From contig NW_025767135.1 in assembly GCF_003918875.1 (NCBI RefSeq), forward strand, positions 2,232,001-2,296,000: 64,000 bases of DNA, in the 5' to 3' direction. A model generated the notes under the pieces. The model worked only from the letters and a program-made list of their open reading frames with translations. It ran no database searches and was not told the DNA's origin. Position numbers and translations under genes: made by a program. The stretch is from Haliotis rubra. Its lineage: Eukaryota. Positions 51,458 to 64,000 of this stretch are shown here, in pieces. Positions within the stretch are counted from its first letter, which is position 1. Each line of letters opens with the position of its first letter.

Positions 51458-52337
51458 AGTACCGCTTAGAAACGAACAGTTCCACCTGACGAGGTTTCAT
51501 TGTATCGGGAATGTTGCTCAACCTCGTTAAACCGGACAAATTACCCTGGTTTCTAATCGATTCATTTCAGTGTTATCGTTAATCAAGGTCAGTAAAGCGA
51601 GGCAGTTGTGTGTCAACTGAGCGCTTTAATTACATGCCATCTGGACAACACGGACACACTGGACAGGTCATCACTATGGCTAACTGACAATAGGTCAATA
51701 TTTAGATGGTGCGAGACTATCTCTGATGTCAATTTTATCAGAACCGCACGCGGTAACAGCCTGTGACTGACTTCCAATGACTATCGGGGCTCCCTCTCAA
51801 CGGACAGCTGTTAAAATGCAGGATTAAAGCGGAGAGGAAGAGAGATAAACTCCCAGTCCAAACCCATGTTTTCAATTGACCTTTAAATGGCGGCATTGTT
51901 GGGCGATACAGCAGGTTACACATCAAAAGCCCCTTGACAAAATGTAAGACCGGATTCTGGTTTATTGACCACATGACCGTTTGATGATTAATTGGAGGAC
52001 ATACTTGTTCGCATAAGAATGTAAATGGTGTTTCACCACGACATAATGTGCAGTGGAGCGGTTCCCCATTCTTCAGGCTGAATGTAGAGCAGGGTAACAG
52101 GCCAGCTCGTCTTCGGACTTTTCATTGTTGAATCTAAATTGAATCGCTTGTCAAGTGGACTATATCGGAGCTCTTGCCACTGTGAATCTGTGTATCCCAG
52201 CTGTTGGAAGTTAATTAAGGACTGTTCTTTGCCTGACAAGATGTACACTTGACTGTCCTTAGGTTAAATTGGATAAACGTAGTGAGTGACTGAACGAGGG
52301 AACATGCGAGCGACCGAACGAGTATGATTTGACCACG

Positions 52338-52516
52338 NNNNNNNNNNNNNNNNNNNNNNNNNNNNNNNNNNNNNNNNNNNNNNNNNNNNNNNNNNNNNNN
52401 NNNNNNNNNNNNNNNNNNNNNNNNNNNNNNNNNNNNNNNNNNNNNNNNNNNNNNNNNNNNNNNNNNNNNNNNNNNNNNNNNNNNNNNNNNNNNNNNNNNN
52501 NNNNNNNNNNNNNNNN
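52338..52516. other. N gap (179 nt)
   Basis: Run of N; flanks lack the gap-associated motif. Confidence 0.95.
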
Positions 52517-52639
52517 TTCCTGAGTACATCTGTGTAAATATGTACAGATAAATGAACGGTGAAATCTGCGTTAACTTTTGTTCATCTGTGTCCACTTGGG
52601 TACATTTTGTACATATGTGTACATTTGTGTCAATCTGAC

Positions 52640-52797
52640 GGAGGGGTAGCCTAGTGGTTCATGCGTTAAATCGTCATGCCGAAGACCCGGGTTCTATTCC
52701 TCACATGGGTACAATGTGTGAAGCCCATTTCTGGCGTTCCCCGCCGTGACATTGCTGGAACATTGCTAAAATCGACGTAAAACGAAACTCGCTCACT
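52640..52797 (+). mobile_element. SINE family A
   Basis: Alignment to the other copies. Confidence 0.88.
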
Positions 52798-53177
52798 GTG
52801 TCAGTCTTTGTACACTTGTGTCAATCTTTGTATATCTGTGCTCCTCTATCTATATCTGTGTACATCATTTTATATGTATGTCAATCCGTTTACACATCTG
52901 TCAATATGTGACCATCTGTGCCGATCTCTCCCTGTTTATTTTTATAAATCTTGATGAAAGGGTTTATCTGTGCCAATCTTGTACATCTGTACATTTAGTA
53001 CGTCTCTATAGATATGTGTACAACTGTATCTGCCTTGGTATATATCTGTACATGTTTGTCCATTTTTAAACACATATGCCAATCTTTGTCTACCTGTGTT
53101 TCTCTGTCAATCCGTTTCCATCTTTGTAAACTTGTGCCCATCTGTGCAATCTTTGAACACCTGTGTCGCTCTAAGTG

Positions 53178-54933
53178 CATCTGTCTCACTATGAATACAT
53201 CTGTGTCACTATATAAATACACGTGTCACTATAAATACATGTGTCACTATAAATACATCTGAACATCTGTGTCACTATAAATACATTTGAACATCTGTGT
53301 CTCTATCAATACATCTGTGTCACTATGAATAAATCTGTGTTACTATCAATACATCTGTGTCACTATAAACACATCTGAACATCTCTGTCACTATAAATAC
53401 ATCTGAACATCTGTGTCACTATCAATACATCTGTGTCACTATCAATACATTTGTGTCACTATAAATACATCTGTACATCTGTGTCACTATCAATACATTT
53501 GTGTCACTATAAATACATCTGAACATCTGTGTCACTATCAATACATCTGTGTCTCTATCAATACATCTGTGTGACTACCAATATATCTGTGTCACTATCG
53601 ATACATATGTGTCACTATAAATACATCTGTACATCTGTGTCACTATCAATACATCTGTACATCTGTGTCACTATCAATACATCTGTGTCACTATCAATAC
53701 ATCCGTGTCTCTATCAATACATCTGTGTCACTATGAATAAATCTGTGTCACTATCAATACATCTGTGTCACTATAAACACATATGTACATCTGTGTCACT
53801 ATAAACACATCTGTGTCACTATAAACACATATGTACATCTGCGTCACTATAAATACATTTGAACATCCGTGTCTCTATCAATACATCTGTGTCACTATGA
53901 ATAAATCTGTGTTACTATCAATACATCTGTGTCACTATAAACACATCTGAACATCTCTGTCACTATAAATACATCTGAACATCTGTGTCACTATCAATAC
54001 ATCTGTGTCACTATCAATACATCTGTGTCACTATAAATACATCTGTACATCTGTGTCACTATCAATACATTTGTGTCACTATAAATACATCTGAACATCT
54101 GTGTCACTATCAATACATCTGTGTCTCTATCAATACATCTGTGTGACTACCAATATATCTGTGTCACTATCGATACATCTGTGTCACTATCAATACATCT
54201 GTACATCTGTGTCACTATCAATACATCTGTGTCGCTATCAATACATCTGTACATCTGTGTCACTATCAATACATCTGTGTCACTATCAATACATCCGTGT
54301 CTCTATCAATACATCTGTGTCACTATGAATAAATCTGTGTCACTATCAATACATCTGTGTCACTATAAACACATCTGAACATCTCTGTCACTATAAATAC
54401 ATCTTAACATCTGTGTCACTATCAATACATCTGTGTCACTATCAATACATCTGTACATCTGTGTCACTATCAATACATCTGTGTCACTATCAATACATCC
54501 GTGTCTCTATCAATACATCTGTGTCACTACCAATATATCTGTGTCACTATCGATACATATGTGTCACTATAAATACATCTGTACATCTGTGTCACTATCA
54601 ATACATCTGTGTCACTATCATACATCTGTGTCACTATCAATACATCTGTGTCACTATCAATACATATGTGTCTCTATCAATACATCTGTGTCACTACCAA
54701 TATATCTGTGTCACTATCGATACATCTGTGTCACTATCGATACATCTGTGTCACTATAAATACATCTAAACACCTGTGTCACTATCAATACATCTGTGTC
54801 ACTATCAATACATCTGTGTCACTATCAGTACATCTGTACATGTGTCACTATCAATACATCCGTGTCACTATAAGTACATCTGAACATCTGTGTCGCTATC
54901 AATACATCTGTGTCACTATCAATACATCTGTGT
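53178..54933. repeat. Tandem repeat, 20-bp unit with 8-bp add-ons and higher-order blocks
   Basis: TGTGTCACTATCAATACATC; the same variant series recurs at ~53300, ~53872 and ~54300; degenerate lead-in from ~52520. Confidence 0.95.
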
Positions 54934-55350
54934 GAGTATAATACATACGTGCCACTACTTGTTTATATGCGTGTGCGAGTGTGTGCAGCGCTGTATACAT
55001 TACATATACATGTATGTACATATGTCTATATTGGTACCCATGTATATACATTTATATATCCGTGGCAGATTAATGAATATATCGATAGTAAATTGATACA
55101 TAGGTTCATCACAGGATGACAAGCAGATACGTTTCAGGTTGATGGATTGATTGATGACAGGCGGATGAACTGTCGGGCAAATGGGAGTATACGATGGCTA
55201 AGCCTGAAACACACAAGAAACATCGGTTATTTGATGGTAATGCGTTTTAAAAGGGTACCCTACTTGTGTTTACTTTCATCGTATTGCAATTCAAAAGTGT
55301 ATACTGTTTTCCCCGGTGGTTTCGATTGATCATTAAGACGTTTGTGGCAA

Positions 55351-55430
55351 GAGTGAGTATGGTTTTACGCCGCTTTTAACGCTATTCCAGCAAAATCACG
55401 GCGGGGGACACCAGAAATGGGCTTCACGCA
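55351..55430 (-). mobile_element. SINE family A, 3' half
   Basis: Tail and body to GGGCTTCAC, abutting a family-B copy. Confidence 0.85.
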
Positions 55431-55434
55431 TGGA

Positions 55435-55685
55435 CCCGTGCAGATCCGGGTTAGAATTGATCTCAGTAACCCATGCTTGTCGTAAGAGGCGACTAACGGG
55501 AGTGGAATCAGGTGGTCAGTCTCCCTGACTTGGTTGACACATATCATCGTACCCCAATTACGTAGATCGATGCTCATGGTGTTGAACACTGGATTGTCTG
55601 GTTCAGACTCGATTATTTACAAACCGCAGCCATATAGCTGGTATATTGCTGAGGCCGGCGTAAAACTAAACTCACTCACTCACTC
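55435..55685 (+). mobile_element. SINE family B
   Basis: ACCCGTGCAGATCCGGGTTAG...GGCGTAAAACTAAA(CTCA)n. Confidence 0.92.
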
Positions 55686-56299
55686 CCAGGTTTATGCGTA
55701 TTAATGTACGAACGATAGGTCAACTTACAACATAGCTCAATACCGTTCACCTCTAAAAGCTAATCTAACTACTTACACGTCTTACACACCTGTCAATCAC
55801 ATGTTTACCAACCACGGCATCTCATTGAGACCCAAGTAATCTTTATATTGTCACTATACAGTTTCCTTATTTAACCGAAAGGGCAGAGGTTGCGGTTATA
55901 AACTCGGGTCAATGGTGCACGACCATAGATAATTGACTTCCTCGTCTTTAGGGACATAGATGTTTCTCCCATCTGTCTCGCTGCTTCGTTCTGGTGCTGT
56001 TACCTCAATGGATATATCCTGATTCAGGGTACCCTGAATGGCATCAACGATGCGTGCAGATCACTCCACTATCATCGTGAAAATATGGACGCAATATGTC
56101 GTCTGCAATGGCGGTCACCAGCTGGCAGACGACAACGTTTTGGCGGGAAATATGTGAACTGCGGGGTGTCTGTTTCTCAGTTTGGCCTGTCCAGGTATAT
56201 TGTATCTCTACCTGTCGCGTCTTAAGGTGATGTAACACACGGGTAACCAGAACATCTGCCGGAACTTCACTTTGATTTGTACGGTGACATGAACACTAC

Positions 56300-58215
56300 C
56301 CTATAGAAGTTAAAGATTCCCGGTAGTTTTTCATATCATTATAGACAGATAATAGTTTTTTCATATTATTATCTGTCATGTATACTACCCCTAAAAGTTA
56401 AAGAACGCCCCATCCCCATATATATGTATAATAACTATTGATAATCTGTCATGGTAGTTAAAGGACACCTTATTCATTCCCATTAATAATAGTTAAAGAC
56501 CGTCCGATCCTTTCATAATGCTAGTTAATCTGTCATGGAGGCTAAAGAACGACCGCTACTTTCATAATGCTATAGTTCATCTGAGGTAGCAGTTAAAGAC
56601 CGTCCGATCCTTTCATAATGCTAGTTAATCTGTCATGGAGGCTAAAGAACGACCGCTACTTTCATAATTCTAGTTAATCTGTCATGGAGGCTAAAGAACG
56701 ACCGCTACTTTATAGTTAATCTGAGGTAGCGGTTAAAGACCACCCGATCCTTTCATAATGCTAGTTAATCTGTCATGGAGGCTAAAGAACGACCGCTACT
56801 TTATAGTTAATCTGAGGTAGCAGTTAAAGACCATCCGATCCTTTCATAATGCTAGTTAATCTGTCCTGGAGGCTAAAGAACGACCGCTACTTTCATAATG
56901 CTATAGTTCATCTGAGGTAGCAGTTAAAGAACGACCGCTACTTTCATAATGCTATAGTTCATCTGAGGTAGCAGTTAAAGAACGGCCGCTACTTTCATAA
57001 TGCTATAGTTAATCTGAGGTAGCAGTTAAAGAACGGCCGCTACTTTCATAATGCTATAGTTAATCTGAGGTAGCAGTTAAAGAACGACCGCTACTTTCAT
57101 AATGCTAGTTAATCTGTCATGGAGGCTAAAGAACGACCGCTACTTTCATAATGCTATAGTTAAATACTTTCATAATGGCAGTTAAAGAACGGCCGCTACT
57201 TTCATAATGCTGGAGGTTAAAGAACGACCGCTACTTTTCATAATGCTATAGTTAATCTGAGGTAGCAGTTAAAGAACGGCCGACCGCTACTTTCATAATG
57301 CTATAGTTAATCTGAACGACCGTAGCTATAGTTAATCTGAGGTAGCAAGAACGACCGCTACTCATAATGCTATAGTTAGTCTGAGGTAGCAGTTAAAGAA
57401 CGACCGCTACTTTCATAATGCTATAGTTAATCTGAGGTAGCAGTTAAAGAACGGCCGCTACTTTCATAATGCTATAGTTAGTCTGAGGTAGCAGTTAAAG
57501 AACGACCGCTACTTTCATAATGCTACTTTCATAGTTAATCTGAGGTAGCAGTTAAAGAACGGCCGATACTTTCATAATGCTAGTTAATCTGAGGTAGAAG
57601 CTAAAGAACGACCGCTACTTTCATAATGCTATATAGTTAATCTGAGGTAGCAGTTAAAGAACGGCCGCTACTTTCATAATGCTATAGTTAATCTGAGGTT
57701 GAGCTAAAGAACGACCGCTACTTTCATAATGCTATAGTTAATCTGTCATGGAAGTTAAAGAACGACCGCTACTTTCATAATGCTATAGTTAATCTGAGGT
57801 AGCAGTTAAAGAACGACCGCTACTTTCATAATGCTATAGTTAATCTGTCCTGTAGGCTAAAGAACGACCGCTACTTTCATAATGCTATAGTTAATCTGTT
57901 GTCAGTTGACGACCGCTACTTTCATAATGCTATAGTTAATCTGTTAAAGAACGACCGCTACTTTCATAATGCTATAGTTAATCTGAGGTAGCAGTTAAAG
58001 AACGGCCGCTACTTTCATAATGCTATAGTTAATCTGAGGTAGCAGTTAAAGAACGACCGCTACTTTCATAATGCTATAGTTAATCTGAGGTAGCAGTTAA
58101 AGAACGACCGCTACTTTCATAATGCTATAGTTAATCTGTTGTGGCAGTTAAAAAACGACCGCTACTTTCATGTTTCTATAGTTCATCTGTCATGGAAGTT
58201 AAAGAACACCCGATT
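56300..58215. repeat. Tandem minisatellite, 49-51-bp unit
   Basis: ATAGTTAATCTGAGGTAGCAGTTAAAGAACGACCGCTACTTTCATAATGCT; degenerate units at both edges. Confidence 0.95.
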
Positions 58216-58324
58216 CTATAACAGTATTAAAGTTATTCTGCAAACAATAAAATACAAGACCGCCCCAAAAGGAATGGCCATATATGTAATGGTTGTGAAC
58301 ACCTTCCTCTTAGCGAAAATCCTT

Positions 58325-58450
58325 GGGGGCAGTGGGGTAGGCTAGTGGTTCAATCCCCACATGGGTACAATGTGCGAAGCCCATTTCTGGTACCCCCGCC
58401 GTGATATTGCTGGAATATTGATAAAATTGGCGTGAAACCAAACTCACTCA
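58325..58450 (+). mobile_element. SINE family A with internal deletion
   Basis: A box joined directly to the B-box end; normal tail. Confidence 0.85.
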
Positions 58451-59524
58451 ACCCAAATCCTTGGTTTATTTATTACACTAACAGGCATTACGCGTTTTGT
58501 TTTTTTGGAAAAATAATCCTTTTCGCTAAACATCAAAGTGAAATACAGTAGTAAAATATTCTGTCATGAGGATTGCTGTTCCCATGAGTACAAATATAGT
58601 AACTGTTTACACTGAACAATACTGATTGGACAAGCAGGGAATATATTACCATAACTTATATTCTTTTCAATAAAACAAAGTCAAAATAAGAAGGCAGTGG
58701 TGTCGAAATACCTATATATATTTGCATATACATTGTATAGTTAATATAAACACAAGAGGCGATAATAGCCAATGTTATATATGTGGTGACCCCCAAAACG
58801 AAACTTGTATTACTGACGGGATATTGACAGTGAAATATTCTGATTAGAATCGGTGACCAGTTCAAACGAAATGTCCGTTCACCTAAAAAAACAACCTTTA
58901 CAAGGTTAACAATGGCACGCATAACATATATTATTTTAATAATATAAAGGTTACTAGTATGTGATACTCTGGACTGGTCACAGCTTGTATGAATAACAAA
59001 CACAGCAGAACAAAGAAATCTGGTGGAATTCCATATGAAATAACGAAATTATTATTCCAATAGACTATATCGTTGATATTTATGTCTAGTCGTGTATATT
59101 TATCACACGCTAGTGTGTGTGATATAGAATATAATCTAGCCAATCAGCTCTTGTCATTTTTTAGCTTCCTGGTCCGAGTTGCAACTGCGCATGTCTGGAT
59201 ATCAGAGCCTACATTAAATCTAAATGTTAACCTTGAATAGCCTGTGGCTGTACAAACGTGACAATCTCACAACGTCTCATATGGGGAGTCTTATGTTATA
59301 CATGTACAACGGGTAGATCTCGCTTTTTAGTGTTGACTAGTGATGGAGCGAGTAAATGAATGTAGTTTTACGCCACTAGCACTATTAAAGCTATTTTTCG
59401 ATGGTTTTCACCACACATCAAGCGAACATTATGTTTTGGGAAAACCTGAAACCAAACTATTTTTGCAAGGAGCTTCTGAATAAACCATTTTAGAATTATT
59501 ATTTTAAAATATTCTCATTATTCT

Positions 59525-59676
59525 GGGGCGGTGGGGTAGCCTTGTGGTTGAAGTGTTCGCTCGTCAGACCGAATGGTTCTATTCCCCACATGGGTGTAGT
59601 GTGTGAAGCCCATTTCTGGTGTCCCCTTCAGTAATATTGCTGGAATATTGCTAAATTCACTCACTCACTCACTCAC
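59525..59676 (+). mobile_element. SINE family A
   Basis: Alignment to the other copies. Confidence 0.87.
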
Positions 59677-59742
59677 CAATGAAGCGAGATAGCGAGTCTA
59701 ACCACCGGATCCCGGAGGTCCGATCTCAGGCTAAACGTGTTC

Positions 59743-59960
59743 CTGAAGAAAAATTCTAACCAGGGTCTTCACAGGATCTCAACACGCTGTAGGGTAGCCT
59801 TCGCTTGTCTCGACAATCCAGTGACCAACAGCATGAGCATCGATCTACGCAAATGGAATACGATGACATGTGTCAACCAAGTCAGCGAGCCTGACCACCC
59901 GATCCCGTTAGTCGCCTCTTACGACAAGAATCGTAACTGAAGATGAATTCTAACCAGGGG
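59743..59960 (-). mobile_element. Family-B SINE fragments (extra head at ~59743-59775, body at ~59810-59960)
   Basis: CTGAAGA..ATTCTAACCAGG occurs twice; GACAATCCAGTG..CTCTTACGACAAG. Confidence 0.8.
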
Positions 59961-60817
59961 TTCGAACTGGAAAGGGTTTGATTTCCTATGTCAGTGGTTA
60001 GTGTAAAGCCCATTTTGTAAAGAACATTTGCTAAAACCGGCATAAAACCATACTAACTCACTCTCACGATTCCAATCACATCAACGTGCTCTATACAGCT
60101 AACGAAACCAATGGCATTACGTATGTATCAACGTATAACTGGAATATTATCGAATGATTAAATCTCATTTGTAATTCAATGGTTTCTCCTGTTGTTGATG
60201 TCTGGGTTATACCTTGTTCGTATAGTCGTTTAAGCTGCGAATCAATACGCTTCACTCGTGAACGACACGACCCCCACGTATCCTTGGAGCGATAATACAT
60301 GAAGAATGCGTATACTATTTAAACGGGGTTGAGTGGCCTGGTGGTTAAAGTGTTCGCCCGTGACGCATGTTTTTTTTCATTTTTGTGTTCTGTTTGTAGT
60401 TCAGTATTCTGAAACAGCATCAGCGCCATTACCTACACGTTAAGTACTAGAGGTAGTGAGGGATTTATGCTAGTCGGTCAGTCCGCAACAGCTGTTACCA
60501 ACGAGTGTTAATTAATACCAGTTCGGGGCTATTTGCATTCCATTAGTGGCCTTGGTAGTTTATTTCCATGTAATAATCCTGCTCCAACTTTGCACTGGCT
60601 TGAATATCAAACATGAGCATATTTCATCTGTGTCTACGCTGTCATGAAGATGTGTGATTTATTATCTTTAAACCAATCTACATATTGTATAGTATTGTCC
60701 TGTGGTAAACTGTACTCGCCAACTGTTGAAAATCGTTAACTCCACATTTATGTCCTGCACTGACTGGGTGGGTTTAGACATTTAGGACACAGGGGTAGCC
60801 CAGTCGTCTATAGATTT

Positions 60818-61200
60818 CGCCGAGTGGTGTAACGTCCAAAGCCCTGCGAGAAACGCATGATCGTGGGTTCGATCCCTGGTTCAGCCTGATTATGTTTATA
60901 GGCTTGTCTGCTCCGTGTCCGTGCTCGGCGGTTTTCACCAACGGGGCGGTTGGGTAGTCTAGCGGTTAAAGCGTTCTCTCGTCACGCCGAAGATCCGGGT
61001 TCGATTCCCTACATGGGTACAATGTATGAGGCCCATTTTTGGTGTCCATCGCTGTGATACTGCTGGAATATTTCTAAAAGCGGTGTAAGACTAAAACTGC
61101 GATGCCTGTTTGTGCTTTCCACAAACATCATGGTGACACGGCGTGGTATCATTGGACTCTTGTTGAAATCGGCGTTAAATCACACTCACTCACTTACTCA
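60818..61200 (+). mobile_element. tRNA-derived SINE (family D) with a family-A copy nested at ~60942-61095
   Basis: GCCGAGTGG..GTGGGTTCGATCCC head; tail GTTGAAATCGGCGTTAAATCACACTCACTCAC resumes after the A copy. Confidence 0.7.
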
Positions 61201-61382
61201 AACATTCCGTAACTTAAAAATGCCTAAAGGTATCGGAAACTACTTGAATGGCCCTTGAAACGGAACTTTTTTACAAGTGGGGTTTTATATATTAGATGCT
61301 ATTTGAGAACTGGGGATACACTGACGTGATTTAACAATTTACAAAAACTATGTTTGTTATCACTTCATATCAGTTTCTTAGG

Positions 61383-61525
61383 TCAATTGAACACAGTGAT
61401 TGTGTTCATAATAATGTCCCCTTACTACGTCAAATGAACACAGTAATTGTATTCAAAATAACGTCCACTTATTACGTCAAATGAACACTGTGATTGTGTT
61501 CACAATTACTTCATTTTCCAACGTT
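61383..61525. repeat. 47-bp tandem repeat (3 copies, fourth at ~61856) with a palindromic core
   Basis: TGAACACAGTGATTGTGTTCA at 61388, 61435 and 61482. Confidence 0.8.
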
Positions 61526-61528
61526 AAA

Positions 61529-61628
61529 GTGAGTGAGTGAGTTTAGTTTCAGCGAGTCAGCGAGCCTGACCACCCGATTCTGTTAGTCGCCTCTTACGAC
61601 AAGCACATTCGCCTTTTGTGGCAAGCAT
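61529..61628 (-). mobile_element. Family-B fragment with a duplicated core motif
   Basis: Minus strand ATGCTTGCCACAAAAGGCGAATG-TGCTTGTCGTAAGAGGCGACTAA. Confidence 0.75.
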
Positions 61629-61647
61629 CAAGCCTCGTTTCCATAAT

Positions 61648-61842
61648 TACCCGTGAATATTCGGGTTAGAAATGATCTTCAGTCACCCAGGCTTGTCGTA
61701 AGAGGCGACTAACGGGATCGGGTGGTCAGGCTCGCTGACTTGGTTGACACATGTCAGCGTTTGCCGATTGTCTGGTCCAGACTCGATTATTTACAGACCG
61801 CCGTCACATTGCTGAGTGCGGCGTAAAAATAAACTCACTCAT
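61648..61842 (+). mobile_element. SINE family B with internal deletions, 13-bp TSD
   Basis: TSD TCGTTTCCATAAT at 61635-61647 and 61843-61855; starts TACCCGTGAA. Confidence 0.92.
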
Positions 61843-62093
61843 TCGTTTCCATAATCAAATGAACACAGTGATTGTGTGTCCAGATACTTCGGTTTCCTTC
61901 GACAAATGGACACAACATTTGTCTGCGTCTAGCAGCAGCAGTTAAACGCCAAGTTATCATCGAGTTTGTATGTTGTCACTTCAGTTTCCTAGGTTAAAAG
62001 AGCTCAGTGATTATAATGACATGAGGCAAATGTAGTTCCGCCGTCAAGCGATTCCATAACTTCAGTTTTCTGCTTCAAATGTCTTTTGTAACG

Positions 62094-62306
62094 TGACGTC
62101 AGTAACCACGTCACGTGACCTATCACGTGACTGTCACCCATGCTATCACTGACCGCACACACCATGAACAATGTCACCCCGGCGAGAGTCACCACACATG
62201 ACATAAGAGCACGTGCATTAAAAGCCTGTAATTGAATCCGTATCTATGACATCTCACACCTGTCAGAAGCCTGTCTACATCTCACGAGAACCATCCGTCA
62301 CGTGAT
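62094..62306. promoter_or_regulatory. E-box/CRE cluster, putative enhancer
   Basis: TGACGTCA 62094, GTCACGTGAC 62110, ATCACGTGAC 62122, GCACGTGC 62209, GTCACGTGAT 62297. Confidence 0.4.
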
Positions 62307-62816
62307 GCTTTTTGTTTGCGTGGTAGGAATCGAAATTATCAATCGCAAACCGAGCATATAGGCGCAATTATTAGATCATTCAATTAGTAACATGTCAGAA
62401 ATAATTACCGCATCTGTCCAAGAAAGCAGATAATGCAATATTTGAAAATGACTTCGCATTCCTAATTCCCTTTGACCACGTATCCACACGCAGTTTTACT
62501 TTTTCCCGATCTTGAGACAGAATCAGCATCGATTTGGAGATTACCTGCACACGGGGAGAAGTAATTAATTTGACAACTTCATTAGTCCTTTGCTTCTCAT
62601 GCCGCTATCCCCACGTCAGAGGCTGCTGTCTAATGTACCACTGTCAGGGGCTATCGATGAGACGAACAGCCCTTCTCTGTAGGACCACTCGTAGCAGATT
62701 GCAGGGGGTATCCATAACGGTAAATTTCAAGTCAGGTTGGTATATGTCGGTCAACTGCCTTCAGTCAGTTATTGGTTGGTTGGAACGAGGTTCAATGCTG
62801 GGGTGCGCGCCCCCCA

Positions 62817-62854
<38 letters not shown>

Positions 62855-63439
62855 ATGTTACATGTCATTTTTATAAGCATTACCAACAATGACAGCACGT
62901 TGATTCCGTTGTAAAAGCTTTTTTGTTTGTTGTTAAACAAACTCAGCAATTTTCCAGTTATATTTTAGGGTCGAGTCTTGACCAGACAATCCAGATTATA
63001 CATAATATTTTTGATTATATTAATTAAATACCTGACTCGTAATGGTCATTCTGTTTCAGTCATTATTTGGATTATTTACAAAGACATCGTCGATATAAAA
63101 AAAAATCCTTGTCAGACGTTTTTCTGTTGACACTTTGAAAAATATGTAAAACCCTGTAAGGTCTGTAGCTAGTAATGTCACCCTTGATCACAGAAAGATG
63201 CTGAAACACGTCCGATTCTTGTCCCCAGCGTTCCTTTATGTCCACACATAAAACGAAAACGTCAGAGAATAATCAGTCCCGATTCTACTAGGTTTAAACG
63301 GCAAAATGGGATGTAAATTATATACAGTCGGTTACCACAAGAAATATGTTTTGGAATTAGGGTCGTATCGGAAGTACCCAGAACAATCTCTTGAAATAGG
63401 TAACATTCCTCCGCACAGTAATGGCCAGTTTACTTGTAA

Positions 63440-63795
63440 GGTGAGGTGAGGTGAGGTGAGGTGAGGTGAGGTGAGGTGAGGTGAATTTGGGTTTAACGTC
63501 GTGCTTGAGAATATTTTGCTCATATGACGACGTGCATGCGTGTGTATGTGTATGTGCGGCTGCTTGTACTAGCCCAGACTTAAGCTGGTTTTATAGTGCT
63601 AGCCCACTGAGATACCACGTCGCAGTGAAGCATGAATACCCCACTCAGACACATTATACTGACTCCGAGCCGATCAGTCCTTGTTGTACCCATTAATGCC
63701 GAACGCCAGGCAGGAACCAACAAGTACCATATTTAAACGTCTTTTGGTATGACGCGGTTGGGGATCGAACCCGCGACCTTCCGCTCTCCGGGCGT
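63440..63795 (-). mobile_element. V-SINE (RUDI-like molluscan SINE) with a (CTCAC)n tail
   Basis: TTTTATAGTGCTAG..CCCCACTCAGACACATTATACTGACTCCGAGCCGA resembles the V domain as I recall it; B box GGGTTCGATCCCC on minus strand. Confidence 0.75.
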
Positions 63796-64000
63796 TTACT
63801 TGTAAAACAAACCACTCCTCCAAATTTTACAGCTAGTTGAAACCGTACAATAAACGGTTAGCATTAATTAACGTTTTTCCGGTTTGATACACACATACGA
63901 ATAGAGAGTCTGGTAGACGATCATCCTCTAGTTGTCAACCAATGATGTTGAGCAAGGTACTTGTAAACACATATTACTCAAATTGCAGTAACACCTGACT

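Noticed and set aside
52033-52248. ORF with an ankyrin-like GTAPLH
   Set aside because: A single short motif followed by a stop, with no second repeat or splice support.

Overview
Eukaryotic, AT-rich, apparently intergenic or intronic DNA from a mollusc. A gastropod such as abalone is likely, inferred from the SINE families present. I recognise no intact host gene, rRNA, true tRNA or CRISPR array. About a quarter of the window is eight unrelated tandem arrays (20-105 bp units), which explain nearly all long ORFs in the track. The rest holds ~18 copies of a tRNA-Asp-like SINE (family A), ~15 copies of a Meta/MESC-domain SINE with no tRNA head (family B), a V-SINE, LINE 3' stubs with the same tail, and non-autonomous DNA transposons with clear TIRs/TSDs (Tc1, hAT-like, AcademH-like). 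Four observations stand out. (1) Family B starts at a fixed position in a predicted pseudoknot with no Pol III head, so it is a candidate self-processing RNA. (2) A composite family-B variant carries a repeated module inside that pseudoknot loop, and the module flanks 4 of the 5 N gaps. (3) A TSD-flanked Penelope-type palindrome carries U3-A8 minimal hammerhead motifs. (4) A 34-bp minisatellite has grown inside a family-B copy. All family assignments are from memory and no searches were run.
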